From contig CP120453.1 in NCBI GenBank assembly GCA_034226945.1, positions 930,001 to 994,000 on the forward strand: 64,000 bases of DNA, read 5' to 3'. How positions within the stretch are numbered: the stretch's first letter is position 1; every line of letters starts with the position of its first letter. Below the pieces are notes generated by a model. That model was not told the DNA's origin. It saw nothing but the letters and a program-made list of their open reading frames with translations, and did no database searches. Origin of the DNA: Picochlorum sp. SENEW3 (taxonomy: Eukaryota). This document shows, piece after piece, positions 1-10,689 of this stretch. The position numbers and the translations under genes were made by a program.

Positions 1-1
1 T

Positions 2-211
2 CGCATATGTCAGGCATGCCTGTCAAATTTATCAGAGTGGTGCCGACAAACGGATCCCAAAGAGGTGATGATCGAAGATATTGCGAATAATGTCTCGAAA
101 ATATCTGGCCATTGTGATGTTCTAAGTGCTATGTATCCAGAGGCAGCAATTGAGGGCAAGAGGTGCTCTTGCATTCTGGTTGCCTGCCTTCAGGCTATGC
201 AACAATACTGA
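2..211 (+). CDS. 3' end of an unidentified gene entering from upstream of the window
   Basis: Frame starting at base 2 is open for 69 codons (RICQACLSNLSEWCRQ...LQAMQQY) to TGA 209-211, converging on the eIF2-gamma stop. No recognisable motif. Confidence 0.5.
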   Translation, partial: RICQACLSNLSEWCRQTDPKEVMIEDIANNVSKISGHCDVLSAMYPEAAIEGKRCSCILVACLQAMQQY

Positions 212-254
212 GACTCGTGAGTATGTCTTTTTACAAAATATCATTATTATGTCT

Positions 255-2022
255 TTATTTCAAATCCAATGTAAGTCCTTTCTGGATTTGACCCCATCCA
301 ATCAGTCTCCAGTGCTTTTCCACCCTTCTGCTCAAGGCAATCTTTTCACCCTCTTTAGTGCACACTGGTGATGTTAATTGAAGCTTTGCCAAATCATGTT
401 TGACAGCCAAAACCCTTGCTCCAGTACACATAGATCCAATATTCAACATTAAAATCTCATTCTTGCTCAATTTGCTGACCTTTCCTTGCTTCTGCTCTCC
501 CTGAGTTCGAACTCCCAACAAGCGCCTCAACAAAAAGAAGTTGATCTCTAGTTCCGTGAAAACATCTGGTAATGCGCCCACCTCTCCTAAAACTTGTCCA
601 ACAAGACGATCTGCTCTAGTTAATGTTGGATCGACGGCAGTTCCTACGCCGATCAGGCCACCAGGGACAGCATATTGGAGAGAGTTTTGCTCTGCAAACA
701 AGGAAACAATTCTGGAAAAGATTGGAATACACTTGATTGCACCTGATGAGTCCTTTGTGACAATACCAGGTCTAATCTCGATTTCTTGCCCGTTTCTCAA
801 TACACCCTGTAACGCACGAGGTAAAGAGTTTAAAAATTGGCTCAAACAGTGCATTCTTTGAACAGAATTTTGCAGTGTGGATTGAGCTGCAAATTCAGAT
901 GATAATCCTTTCGCTCACCAAAAGGCACCGCATTCAATCTACCTTAGCGTGACGAGAGGCTCCTTCATACCATTCTCAGGAGCCTCTGCTTTTTGCTAGG
1001 CATACAAGCAAAACAAAAATTTTGAGGACGCACCTGGAGAATACTGCCACCTGCAACCCCACCTTTCAGATCATCAACCTCTGAACCCGGTTTGTTAACG
1101 TCAAATGATCTAATGACAATCATTTGAGGAGGAGAGGTGAAATCTCTAACTGGAACTGGAATTTTCTTCACTATATATTCACACACAGCATCGATATTAT
1201 ACTTGAGTTGTGCTGAGATTGGAACTATTGGGGCAGACTCAGCAATAGTTCCTTGAATAAACCTCGAGATTGACTCATGCTGATTTAAAGCTACTGCTTC
1301 GGTCACCAAATCGACTTTATTTTGAAGAATGATGATGTGCTCAAGTCTCATAATTTCAACAGCAGCTAAATGTTCAGACGTTTGAGGCTGTGGACAGGGT
1401 TCATTGGCCGCAATCAGAAGCAAAGCGCCATCCATTACAGCTGCTCCATTCAACATTGTTGCCATGAGAATATCGTGCCCTGGGCAATCAACAAAAGAGA
1501 CGTGTCGCAGAAGCTCCATCTCTGCTTCCTCAAACCCAGGAACTTCACACTTGGGAGAGTCTTCTTTGGAACTTCCATACGCACGGTACTTGGATGGCCT
1601 AGGACATTTTGGATCTTTGCATGCATAAATTTTAGCATTTGCATACCCAAGCTTAATCGTAATATTACGCTCTAACTCGTTCTTGAAACGAACAGTTTGG
1701 ACGCCAGAGATGGCCTTTACCACAGTCGACTTACCATGAGCCACATGCCCAATTGTACCTATAGAAAGGACAATCGCAATCAGTTTATTAAATCCATCAT
1801 CTCAGAGCCTTGAATTACGCATGATCTCTCGTACCGATATTTATAGTCGCCTGACGTGAAATGACTTCTGGGGAGAGTGGTGTCAACTTTGACACGTCCA
1901 GAGTGAGCAAATCCTACAGCAAATAGTCATTGTTGGAGAAAATCGACTTCGCAATACGGATATATGCGCATGCCAAGGTGTACCTGCTCCATCAGGCCCG
2001 ACTCGTTCTTGCTGGCCGCCAT
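255..2022 (-). CDS. EIF2S3: Translation initiation factor eIF2 gamma subunit (4 exons: 2022-1984, 1913-1835, 1758-1034, 806-255)
   Basis: Spliced product reads [51 protein letters not shown]...DCPGH...NKVD...[14 protein letters not shown]. All introns are GT-AG and the frames join. Confidence 0.97.
865..1001 (-). ncRNA. Intronic box H/ACA snoRNA, SNORA21/snR10-like by predicted LSU rRNA targets
   Basis: Lies in the 227-nt eIF2-gamma intron 807-1033. Hairpin 1 has a perfect 10-bp upper stem (978-987 with 955-964) and pocket strands CAAAAAGC/CGUC matching LSU GACG-UU-GCUUUUUG. An H-box-like AGAUUGA lies 14 nt downstream. Hairpin 2 has pocket strands GGUG/CAAUCCA matching LSU UGGAUUG-UU-CACC and lower stem GCGGUG/CACUGC, with AAA at the ACA-box position. 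Confidence 0.8.
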
Positions 2023-2163
2023 GGTTGTACTCGTCAACTCTTTCAAAACAGATAATCGTATATTTTATAGTTATATTTCTTACAACACGGCAGTCAGGAA
2101 GAGAGATGGCATCTATTGCGACGCAATACCATCAGAGGGAGGCGGCGACCCATGAATGCTCAC

Positions 2164-4758
2164 TCAGCCATGTTGGAGTTGTCCAAAGACAGCTTCAGGA
2201 ACGTTTGCTTGCAGTTGCACGTTATCTTCCTCCTCTTCATCTCCCAAGTCAATACCTTCAGGGTTTTCTGTCTCTGGCCCCTGCTCGTCCTTCTTGCCTT
2301 GTTGAATAACACCAGCACTCACAAAGCCTGGAACACGGGTTGAAGGTGCTTGTTGTTCCTCCAAGCCTGCCATGTCAGCCCCAGGTTCCTCCGCTGCTGG
2401 AGCAATGGAATCTACAGCAACAGATGCTGCATCGATGATCGAGGTATTGAAATGTTGTTGACTGAACGAGGCAGCAACGGATCTCCTGATGCGGAGCATC
2501 TCTCTGAAGGTCTCTTCATTGCCATATCTCACTTCAAAGTCATTCCATTTGCTCCAGAAGAATTTGAACTTCTGCGGATCAGCTATTGATGAGCCATGAA
2601 CCATAATAGCTCTTGCTCTGTCAATCTCACCCAGTTTTCTTTCTAAATCAGAGTATTGAATGACGAGCTTCAATGTGTCATCATCTGAGACAGGGTGATC
2701 TATTGATTCAATCGCACTCTCATAAATTTCCCTTACTTTCCCGATCCCAAAGAACTCAGACGCCTTTGCAATATATATCTCATAAACTTGATATCTATCT
2801 CCCTTCTGTACGTGCTTCACTGCATTCTCATACACATTCATTGCATTTCTTGCAAGACCGTATTCCTCTTCGAAGGCAGCATACTTGAGGAAGAATGGAC
2901 GAGCAAAGGCTGACGGAGCTGAATCACATGCTTCACGGAAAAGCTCTCTTGTTCTTTCAATTTTCGTGCCTTTATAACGAGATGTGAAATCGTTGAGATA
3001 GGCACTCCAAATATCTTTAAGGTGAGGGTATTTGAACAACATGATTCCTCTCTCGTATGCTTTGAATGCATCCTCAAAGTAATTATGTTCCTTGAGGTAT
3101 GAGGCGTAGTTCAATATCATTTGAGCAGTGATGACTTTCAGGTCCATTGCCGTAGAATACGCTTTTCTTATCGACTCAGGGGTGCCCAAGCTTTCCTCAA
3201 GATCAAGGCGTAGTGACCAGAGCCTAGATGATCTATACAGCCTCTCTTGGACCTTCATTTTGATCTCTTCATCTCTACTTCTCTTTTTCCGTGGAGCTTC
3301 TGTACCTTGCCTTGCTAAATTTAGTGCGATGCTGTAATTTTCATGCCGCAACTCCATTTCGATACGTTCTGTCCATATAGTAGCCAGATTGTCCAGATAC
3401 AGGTATGGATACTCTGTGGCCTTATCATACACCACCCTAGCATTTTTTATATCTCCATGTTTCTCATATACTTTTGCGAACGCTATCCATAAACTGTGCG
3501 GATTCCCTGTTGCTAGCTTTGGGTCTACAGTCTTGACAGCATCTGTGTACACTCTAATCTGTTTAGCAGCATCCTGAGCAAAAAGCTTTGCTCTTTTGTG
3601 CCACTCATTCACGTTGTGTGGATTTTGTCTCAAAACAACACTGTTGAGCAATTCAGGTCTCCTCTCTATCAAATTCTCCAACCTGGCAAGGCGAAGGTCT
3701 AAGTCATCTCCAGTGTCATTCAATATGAATTTATTTGGATCAGTCTCCTGCTGCTTCTCCTCCTCCTCCTCTCCAATTTGCTCCATTTTTGCTGTAATCA
3801 GCGCTTCCTCAAACTGAGTGAGAGCATCGTAAATGAGGCAAAAATCTCTCACTGTCAGGACAGAATGCAGGCCTTCAATGTAGATATCTCTCGCTTTTTC
3901 AAAAAATCCTTTTCGGATATAGAAATCAGCGAGAGATGTCCACAATTTACCGATGTCGTCCTTATACTTTCTTACCGCTCCTCGAACAATATCTTCTACC
4001 CGCAAACCCTTCATCTCTTCTGGATGATTCGTGATGATTTCACATAAATCCATCCAAAGATCATGCTTGCTCTTCCCTTGCAAACTTCGAAAGCTCTCAT
4101 CATTTACAATGCGAATCAGTTGCTCCGCTGCATCTCTCCATCGCTTTTTGTTTACCAAATAGACAACATATTCCTCTGCATGGGATGGCTCCAGTTTTAA
4201 ATACCTCCTGTACACCCGAACAGCAGTTTCCACTGGTATGCCCTCTTGAGACACAAATCTCAGGTACAGCACCCAGATCCTATCATGCTGGGTCACAGGA
4301 AGCGACATCAGAGCTCTATCAAAAGATCGTCTGGTCTTGGTGACGAGTTTTTGCTCCGTCAAAAACTCCAAATATTCCAACCAGATTCTTGGCATCTTGT
4401 AAAGAGAAATGAGAGCCCTCTCGAACGTATTGTTCAACGCCGTGACCAATGGAGAATTCACTGGTGCATTCTTGACTCCCAACCGCCTCTCTTTCAGATA
4501 TGCGTACCACAGTTTGTATGAACCAGGAAGAGCTTTCAACGCCCGCTCATAAAGAACATTGCGTTTCTTCGCAGACGCGCCCTTCCTCGCCTCAATATAC
4601 CGTAACCATAATTTCAAATTGTAAGGATTGCGTAGAAGTTCCTCTTCATACAGCAGATCGTCCTCATCTGGCAATAAGTCTCTGAAATCCTTCTCTTCCT
4701 CCATTTTCTCCTCCTCCTCCGGCGGTGCTCTGACGGACACGTCCTTTGCCCGCACCAT
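2164..4758 (-). CDS. SYF1: Pre-mRNA splicing factor SYF1/XAB2 (HAT repeats)
   Basis: 864-aa ORF with YEEELLRNPY, LYERALKALPGSYKLW, LNSVVLRQNPHNVNEWHKR and FEVRYGNEETFREMLRIRRSV. Confidence 0.96.
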   Translation of the reverse strand: MVRAKDVSVRAPPEEEEKMEEEKDFRDLLPDEDDLLYEEELLRNPYNLKLWLRYIEARKGASAKKRNVLYERALKALPGSYKLWYAYLKERRLGVKNAPVNSPLVTALNNTFERALISLYKMPRIWLEYLEFLTEQKLVTKTRRSFDRALMSLPVTQHDRIWVLYLRFVSQEGIPVETAVRVYRRYLKLEPSHAEEYVVYLVNKKRWRDAAEQLIRIVNDESFRSLQGKSKHDLWMDLCEIITNHPEEMKGLRVEDIVRGAVRKYKDDIGKLWTSLADFYIRKGFFEKARDIYIEGLHSVLTVRDFCLIYDALTQFEEALITAKMEQIGEEEEEKQQETDPNKFILNDTGDDLDLRLARLENLIERRPELLNSVVLRQNPHNVNEWHKRAKLFAQDAAKQIRVYTDAVKTVDPKLATGNPHSLWIAFAKVYEKHGDIKNARVVYDKATEYPYLYLDNLATIWTERIEMELRHENYSIALNLARQGTEAPRKKRSRDEEIKMKVQERLYRSSRLWSLRLDLEESLGTPESIRKAYSTAMDLKVITAQMILNYASYLKEHNYFEDAFKAYERGIMLFKYPHLKDIWSAYLNDFTSRYKGTKIERTRELFREACDSAPSAFARPFFLKYAAFEEEYGLARNAMNVYENAVKHVQKGDRYQVYEIYIAKASEFFGIGKVREIYESAIESIDHPVSDDDTLKLVIQYSDLERKLGEIDRARAIMVHGSSIADPQKFKFFWSKWNDFEVRYGNEETFREMLRIRRSVAASFSQQHFNTSIIDAASVAVDSIAPAAEEPGADMAGLEEQQAPSTRVPGFVSAGVIQQGKKDEQGPETENPEGIDLGDEEEEDNVQLQANVPEAVFGQLQHG

Positions 4759-4962
4759 GTGTACTGTAGTATCAAAAAATCAAATGAATACATCTGTTCC
4801 TTGCAACGGGTGAACAAATGAAACATTCATGGGGCATGAAGAGGACAAAGCAATTCGGTAGAATTCATCTGGACTGCAAAAATACCCTCTCACACACCTT
4901 GATTTCATCTGTACAATTTGAATATAAATACTTCAAGTCTCACTGCGTGGGTAGGAATCGAT

Positions 4963-5828
4963 ATGGATCAGTGCACACGTCTGTATCGCGTTCGTAAGAC
5001 GTGTTTGGAAATGCTCCAGGACAGGGGCTACGTCATCACGTCGGTGCGTTGTCTATAACATCTCAATTCGATGATCACATGCATGCATCGCACGTATGCG
5101 TGCATGGGGTGGCAGAGGTTTCCTCTGAAACTCATGCCTTACAAAAAATGGCCAGCGAAGTTCTTGACTCGGTAGATGAGTGGTATGATCGCCTTGATTT
5201 ATGCTCTATTTTTTATTATGCAGGAGGAAAATTCCACTGCAGAGAATAAGGATTCGTTCAAAGTGAAGTATGGGGAGGAGCCTAGGAGAGACGACTTGAC
5301 AATATTTGTATCGAAAAGAGATGATCCTACAGACCACATTTTCGTGTTTTTCATTGAAGAGCCAAAAGTTGGTGTGAAATCAATAAAGAATGTAGCAGAA
5401 AAGATGCGTAGTGACGGGGTTTCTAGGTCAATTATCGTTATACAAGAGAAGATTACACCCTTTGCTCGTCAAAGTTTGACTGAAATGCAGCCCAAATATA
5501 TGATTGAAGTGGTACGTACATCTTTCTTCAATATGATCCAACATAACAGAGATGTATCTAATTCATGTTGCGTTCAATGCAGTTTAAAGAGTCCGAGCTC
5601 TTGGTGAACATAACAAAGCATATCCTAGTCCCAGAGCATAGAGTTTTGACAAACGAAGAGAAGAAGACATTGCTTGCTCGATATAAAGTGAAAGAGACGC
5701 AGCTGCCTCGTATCCAGTTCAATGACCCTGTGGCTCGATACTATGGCATGAGTAGAGGACAGGTGGTAAGAATTGTGAGACCAAGTGAGACAGCAGGGCG
5801 ATATGTCACCTATCGATTAGCCATATGA
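4963..5828 (+). CDS. RPB5: RNA polymerase I/II/III common subunit RPB5 (exons 4963-5043, 5224-5511, 5583-5828)
   Basis: [54 protein letters not shown] and [11 protein letters not shown]. Both introns are phase 0 GT-AG. TGTAA at 5833-5837. Confidence 0.97.
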
Positions 5829-6194
5829 TCTCTGTAATAGCAATCATATTCTAGATTGAGTTCTCTTCTGGTGGGCATAGCACCGAGAACCTCGTCTGAG
5901 AGCCCATCATGGTCTTGCAAGACTCTCAATTGAGACGTGTCATTGCCAAGTCATCAAAACATCCTGATGTGATCATCACCATTCGGGCTCTACGTATCAC
6001 TTGAAGCATGTTCAAGTAGGTCATAATTTATTTGCATAATATTTATACTCTAAGTCGCCAATCATCTGAACAGATCATTCACTCAGTAGTGAGTACTGGG
6101 CAGGTTTATCCGTTTCTTGCAAACTCGGGTGCAAAGCTTTGTTTGCGGGTGGCAGCCTTCTTCACAGTCGATTGTTCATATACATATTTTCCAG

Positions 6195-7584
6195 ATGGAG
6201 GGTGAGTTGTCAGGGCGCGATATAGTCACGGAACCACGTGTTGTCTCTATCAACTGTGGAAGTTCCCATTCGCTGGCACTCATTGAAACAGGGAGTGGAA
6301 ATATTGTCGTATCTTGGGGGCGTGGTGAGGATGGGCAACTTGGACACGGCGACCCTGATGAGAAGGTCGTCCCTCAGGCAATCTATAAGCTAATTAATGC
6401 GAAAATATCTGAGATTCACTGCGGAGCTGAGTACTCCATTGCAGTGTCTGACGAGGATTTGAAAGTGTACAGTTGGGGTTGGGGAGATTTCGGAAGGTTA
6501 GGACATAATGATTGCCTTGATGTGTTTGTACCGACACCAATAGCATCCCTGGTGGGCATCAAAGTGTCATCAGTAGCATGCGGCGATACTCATTCTTTGA
6601 TAGCAACCTCTGATGGCAAAGTTTTATCTTTCGGTAGAAATCAGAACGGGCAACTCGGCAATGGAAACTTAGATGACTGTTTTGAACCCAGAGAAATTAT
6701 TGCATTGAAAGATGAGATCGTGCTGCAAGTTGCCTGTGGTGCAGAGCATTCTGCATGCTGTACACAAGATGGGAAAGTGTTCTCATGGGGTTGGGGAAGG
6801 TACGGGAATCTAGGAGATGGAGGTTTAGTTGATAGAAATAAACCTGTATTAGTGAAAGGACTTGAGGATGTTACTATTAAAAGCATCGCATGTGGCTGGC
6901 GACATACCTTGGCAATTGACGATTCTGGCTCAATATTCTCCTGGGGATGGTCAAAGTATGGACAGCTTGGGCATGGAAGTACTGAGTACGTCATTTACAA
7001 ATGCAGTGTATTTGTGACAAGATCGTCTTATTCTGAACGCGTATGATAACATATGTAGAGATGAGCTGATACCAAAGCAGATTGATTCTCTTCGGGGGCA
7101 TAGAATGGTACACATTGCAGGAGGATGGCGTCACTCACTTGCATCCGACGAATCTGGTACTTTGTTTTCATGGGGATGGAATAAATTTGGTCAGCTTGGT
7201 TTAGGAAACAATGAGGATACATCCTCACCAACTGCAGTACCATTGCCCAACAATGAAAAGATCGAAAAGATTGCTAGCGGCTGGAGGCATACCCTTGTGG
7301 TAAGTCGTTCTGGAAAATTCTTCTCATGGGGAAGGGGAATTAACGGGCAGCTTGGCATTGGATCGACATGTGATGTGAACAAGCCTGTTGAGTTGAAAGA
7401 ACTGAGTACGGGGACAATGTCAATTGACATGCTGACAAAACAGTCTCATCCCATAGTTATGCATTCTATACCACCCAATGATCGGTATGCACTTGTTCCA
7501 GACAAGGTTGATCCCAATGTCTCCAGTCACACTGTGCCAGAGGCCACAGTCCCTAGCAAAAAGGCAAAATATGGTACATCATGA
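6195..7584 (+). CDS. UVR8: UV-B photoreceptor UVR8 (exons 6195-6985, 7059-7584)
   Basis: RCC1 propeller with the Trp triad motifs GWRHT/GWRHS/GWRHT, GWGDFGRLGH..D, CGDTH, GRNQNGQLG and the C-terminal VP motif RYALVPD. Probable 5'UTR intron ending TTTTCCAG just before the ATG. Confidence 0.95.
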
Positions 7585-7692
7585 TTCAATTTAACCTCAA
7601 GAATTTGACGGACGGGGCCTACAGGTCCTCACATACCATTTTAAAAGTATAATTGTAATTGTCATACCTTTCTCTGACGATGTAGGTGAACC

Positions 7693-10317
7693 ATGACAGA
7701 CATGCCCACCCTCACATGTAACTGGGTGGCTTGCGCTCGACCACGATTGGGCCCATTGCGACATAGTCCTCGAGTAGTGCATTACAATAGAAATATATTG
7801 AGAGAATCAGGTATTACGTATGCCTCCTCAGCACAACTGAGCCCAATAGAGCAGCAAAACTCGTTCTTGGTTGTTTTGAAAAATTTGTCGGAGCCTAGGG
7901 ATGTTTTACGTGAATTAGAGCAGTATGATCTTCAAGAACTGATGGATATGGCGGTAAATGTACGTGATAGACGCCCTGGAGGAGACACCGTGACATTCTC
8001 GCCAAAGGCTTTTATTCCTTTGACTCGCCTTTGCCGTGACAGTTGCTCGTATTGCACATTTGTTGTAGAGCCACGGAGCGATAGGAGGGCTTACATGTCT
8101 ATGGATGAAGTGATTGAGATTGCTCTGCTTGGGCAGGAACAAGGGTGCAGTGAAGCTCTCTTGACTTTAGGAGACAAGCCAGAGCTTTTGTACAGCCAAG
8201 CACGGGATGAATTGCATCATCTTGGCTATTCGTCAACGATCGAATACGTAAAGGCATGTGCAGAGTCTATATTAAACGAGACAAGACTCATCCCTCATAT
8301 TAATGCCGGGATCATGTCGGATGAGGAAATCAGACAACTGAAATTGGTTAGTGGAAGCATGGGTCTTATGTTAGAATCAACAAGCAAAGCGCTCATGGAG
8401 CCAGGGATGCCCCACTACAATTGTCCCGACAAAGAGCCTTCCAAACGCCTTGAAATGCTGGAGCTGGCAGGAAAAAATAGGGTCCCTTTTACGACGGGAC
8501 TTCTTGTGGGCATTGGGGATGCACGGCTAGACCGCATTGATGGGCTCCTCAAAATTAGAGACTGTCATGCGAGATATGGCCATATACAGGAGGTGATCAT
8601 ACAAAGTTTTGTTCCGAAAAAGAACACCAAAATGGCTGCAGAAGCTGTGCCAAGCCTGGAGGAACTGCTATTTACAATATGTGCCTCCAGGCTATTGATG
8701 CCAGCGATGAACATTCAGGCACCACCGAATCTTACTAAAGACTGGGAAAAGCTTCTTGAAGCGGGAATCAATGATTTCGGAGGTATATCCCCTGGTTTGA
8801 CGCCTGATTTTGTGAACCCAGAGAAACCATGGCCTCTGATTCAAAGTCTTTCTGATGTGGTGTCCGCAAAGAACAAAGTCCTGCTGCCTAGATTGCCAAT
8901 TTACCCTGAATACGTGAATAGATATTCCGACGCTGATACTTGGTTATCATCGTATGGACCAAAATCCCCCATGGGATCTGTGCTATCGTTGATAGATGCT
9001 GATGGATTTTGCAGTGCATCAACCTGGAATGCAGGAAAAGGTGCCAGTCTTGGTTCCATATCAGACACAAAAAGCAACGTTATAAATAGGAAAACATTCA
9101 CACATTCTGAAAAACAAGTATCAGCCATACCAAAAATGGCGATAACTAAAGGCTATTCACCAATAAAGATGACAAAGTCTGGCATAATTCAGAATTGTTC
9201 TACTCCAAAGGGTGCTTTGGAAGTTGACAAATTGATTGAGCAAGCTTTTAGACCAGAGGGATTTTCCAAAAAGGATATCATTAGATTATTTAGAGCCAGG
9301 GGTAAAGAATTTGATGCCATTGTTTCTGCAGCAGACACGGTCAGGAAGATGGTGAATGGTGATGACGTGTCATATGTCATCAACAGGAATATCAACTACA
9401 CAAATATTTGCGAATATAAATGCTCATTCTGTGCCTTTAGCAAAGGTTCCAATGACGAACAATTGAGAGGAAAACCATATTTACTAGAATCTTCGGAGAT
9501 TTCTCGTAGAACTCTAGAGGCTGTGCAAGTATATGGAGCAACAGAGGTGTGCATGCAAGGAGGGATTCACCCGTCTTTTACTGGGGAGGATTACATTAAT
9601 ATTTTGACAGCAGCAAAGTCAGTATCCCTAGATATTCATATACATGCATTTTCTCCTCTGGAAATTGATCACGGTGCGCGCACGCTCGGATTAAGTCACG
9701 TTGAATATCTGAAAATACTGAAAGACGCAGGATTGAAGAGTCTGCCAGGGACAGCTGCCGAAGTGCTTTCAGATGACGTGAGGAATGTGCTATGTCCTGA
9801 CAAATTGGATACGAGAGAGTGGGTCGATATAATAAAATCAGCACACAGTGTAGGACTTCCAACGACATCAACAATCATGTTTGGACATGTTGATTCTACA
9901 CATCATTGGGCAGAACATCTCCTCATCCTCAGAGATATTCAAATAGAGACGCAAGGCATCACCGAGTTTGTTCCATTGCCATTTGTACATATGGAAGCGC
10001 CAGTGTTTAAGGCAGGAAAGGCTAGAGCCGGGCCAACGCTGAGAGAATGTTTCCTTATGCATGCAATAGCCCGTTTAGTACTCCACCCACACATTAGGAA
10101 TATACAAGCTTCTTGGGTGAAAATGGGCCCCGACAGAGCTTCAGAGCTCCTATCCGCAGGATGCAATGATATGGGTGGCACCCTCATCAATGAAAGCATC
10201 ACCAAGGCAGCTGGGGCCTCATTTGGTCAGATTGTCGATGAGCAAAGAATGAAGCGTCTCATCAAGCAATCAGGCAAGGTTCCTTATCAAAGAACTACAG
10301 CGTACCAGAGAATCTAA
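7693..10317 (+). CDS. fbiC: FO (7,8-didemethyl-8-hydroxy-5-deazariboflavin, 8-HDF) synthase, fused CofG-CofH (FbiC-type), with an N-terminal extension
   Basis: Two radical-SAM motifs (CRDSCSYC, CEYKCSFC). CofG signatures TFSPKAFIPLTRLC, PFTTGLLVGIG, NIQAPPNL, DFVNPEKPWP. CofH signatures NRNINYTNIC, MQGGIHP, LPGTAAEVL, NIQASWVKMG. Confidence 0.95.
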   Translation: MTDMPTLTCNWVACARPRLGPLRHSPRVVHYNRNILRESGITYASSAQLSPIEQQNSFLVVLKNLSEPRDVLRELEQYDLQELMDMAVNVRDRRPGGDTVTFSPKAFIPLTRLCRDSCSYCTFVVEPRSDRRAYMSMDEVIEIALLGQEQGCSEALLTLGDKPELLYSQARDELHHLGYSSTIEYVKACAESILNETRLIPHINAGIMSDEEIRQLKLVSGSMGLMLESTSKALMEPGMPHYNCPDKEPSKRLEMLELAGKNRVPFTTGLLVGIGDARLDRIDGLLKIRDCHARYGHIQEVIIQSFVPKKNTKMAAEAVPSLEELLFTICASRLLMPAMNIQAPPNLTKDWEKLLEAGINDFGGISPGLTPDFVNPEKPWPLIQSLSDVVSAKNKVLLPRLPIYPEYVNRYSDADTWLSSYGPKSPMGSVLSLIDADGFCSASTWNAGKGASLGSISDTKSNVINRKTFTHSEKQVSAIPKMAITKGYSPIKMTKSGIIQNCSTPKGALEVDKLIEQAFRPEGFSKKDIIRLFRARGKEFDAIVSAADTVRKMVNGDDVSYVINRNINYTNICEYKCSFCAFSKGSNDEQLRGKPYLLESSEISRRTLEAVQVYGATEVCMQGGIHPSFTGEDYINILTAAKSVSLDIHIHAFSPLEIDHGARTLGLSHVEYLKILKDAGLKSLPGTAAEVLSDDVRNVLCPDKLDTREWVDIIKSAHSVGLPTTSTIMFGHVDSTHHWAEHLLILRDIQIETQGITEFVPLPFVHMEAPVFKAGKARAGPTLRECFLMHAIARLVLHPHIRNIQASWVKMGPDRASELLSAGCNDMGGTLINESITKAAGASFGQIVDEQRMKRLIKQSGKVPYQRTTAYQRI

Positions 10318-10413
10318 TAAGAAAGCATCGTGTTCTTACATCCCAATTTGCATGTTAATGTAAAGATTTAATCCCATCGCTCCGAATGAAGGCGCTTCTT
10401 CGAAACAAAAAGG

Positions 10414-10644
10414 ATGCACCCACCCTTACACGTCTCCAAGCACCCCCACTGTAAAGAGCAGATTGAATCTCTCATTAAATGCCACACTGATCATCCGATT
10501 GCAAAATTTTGGGGTACATGTAACGAAGAGAAATGGGCACTGGATAGGTGTTTAAGGGAAGAGAAGAAACTCAAACGACTTGCAAACAAAAAGATTATTC
10601 TGGAACGCGAAGAGCGTCGGCGAAAGAGGGAAGCTTCAGGATAA
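10414..10644 (+). CDS. CMC2: COX assembly mitochondrial protein, twin Cx9C (CMC2-like)
   Basis: MHPPL...C-x9-CH..HPIAKFWGTC-x9-CLREEK, 76 aa. Confidence 0.9.
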   Translation: MHPPLHVSKHPHCKEQIESLIKCHTDHPIAKFWGTCNEEKWALDRCLREEKKLKRLANKKIILEREERRRKREASG

Positions 10645-10689
10645 TAGCATAGATATAGAAACCAGGCATCAAAGTCGTCAAAGTTTTGA

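Noticed and set aside
955..990. CTGAGA-containing hairpin considered as a TPP riboswitch
   Set aside because: The other TPP aptamer elements are missing, and the H/ACA model explains the sequence better.
5150..5200. Antisense similarity to the 5S rRNA 5' end (GCGATCATACCA...AGAACT)
   Set aside because: The match is short and gapped and the rest of 5S is absent, so it is not called as a 5S gene.
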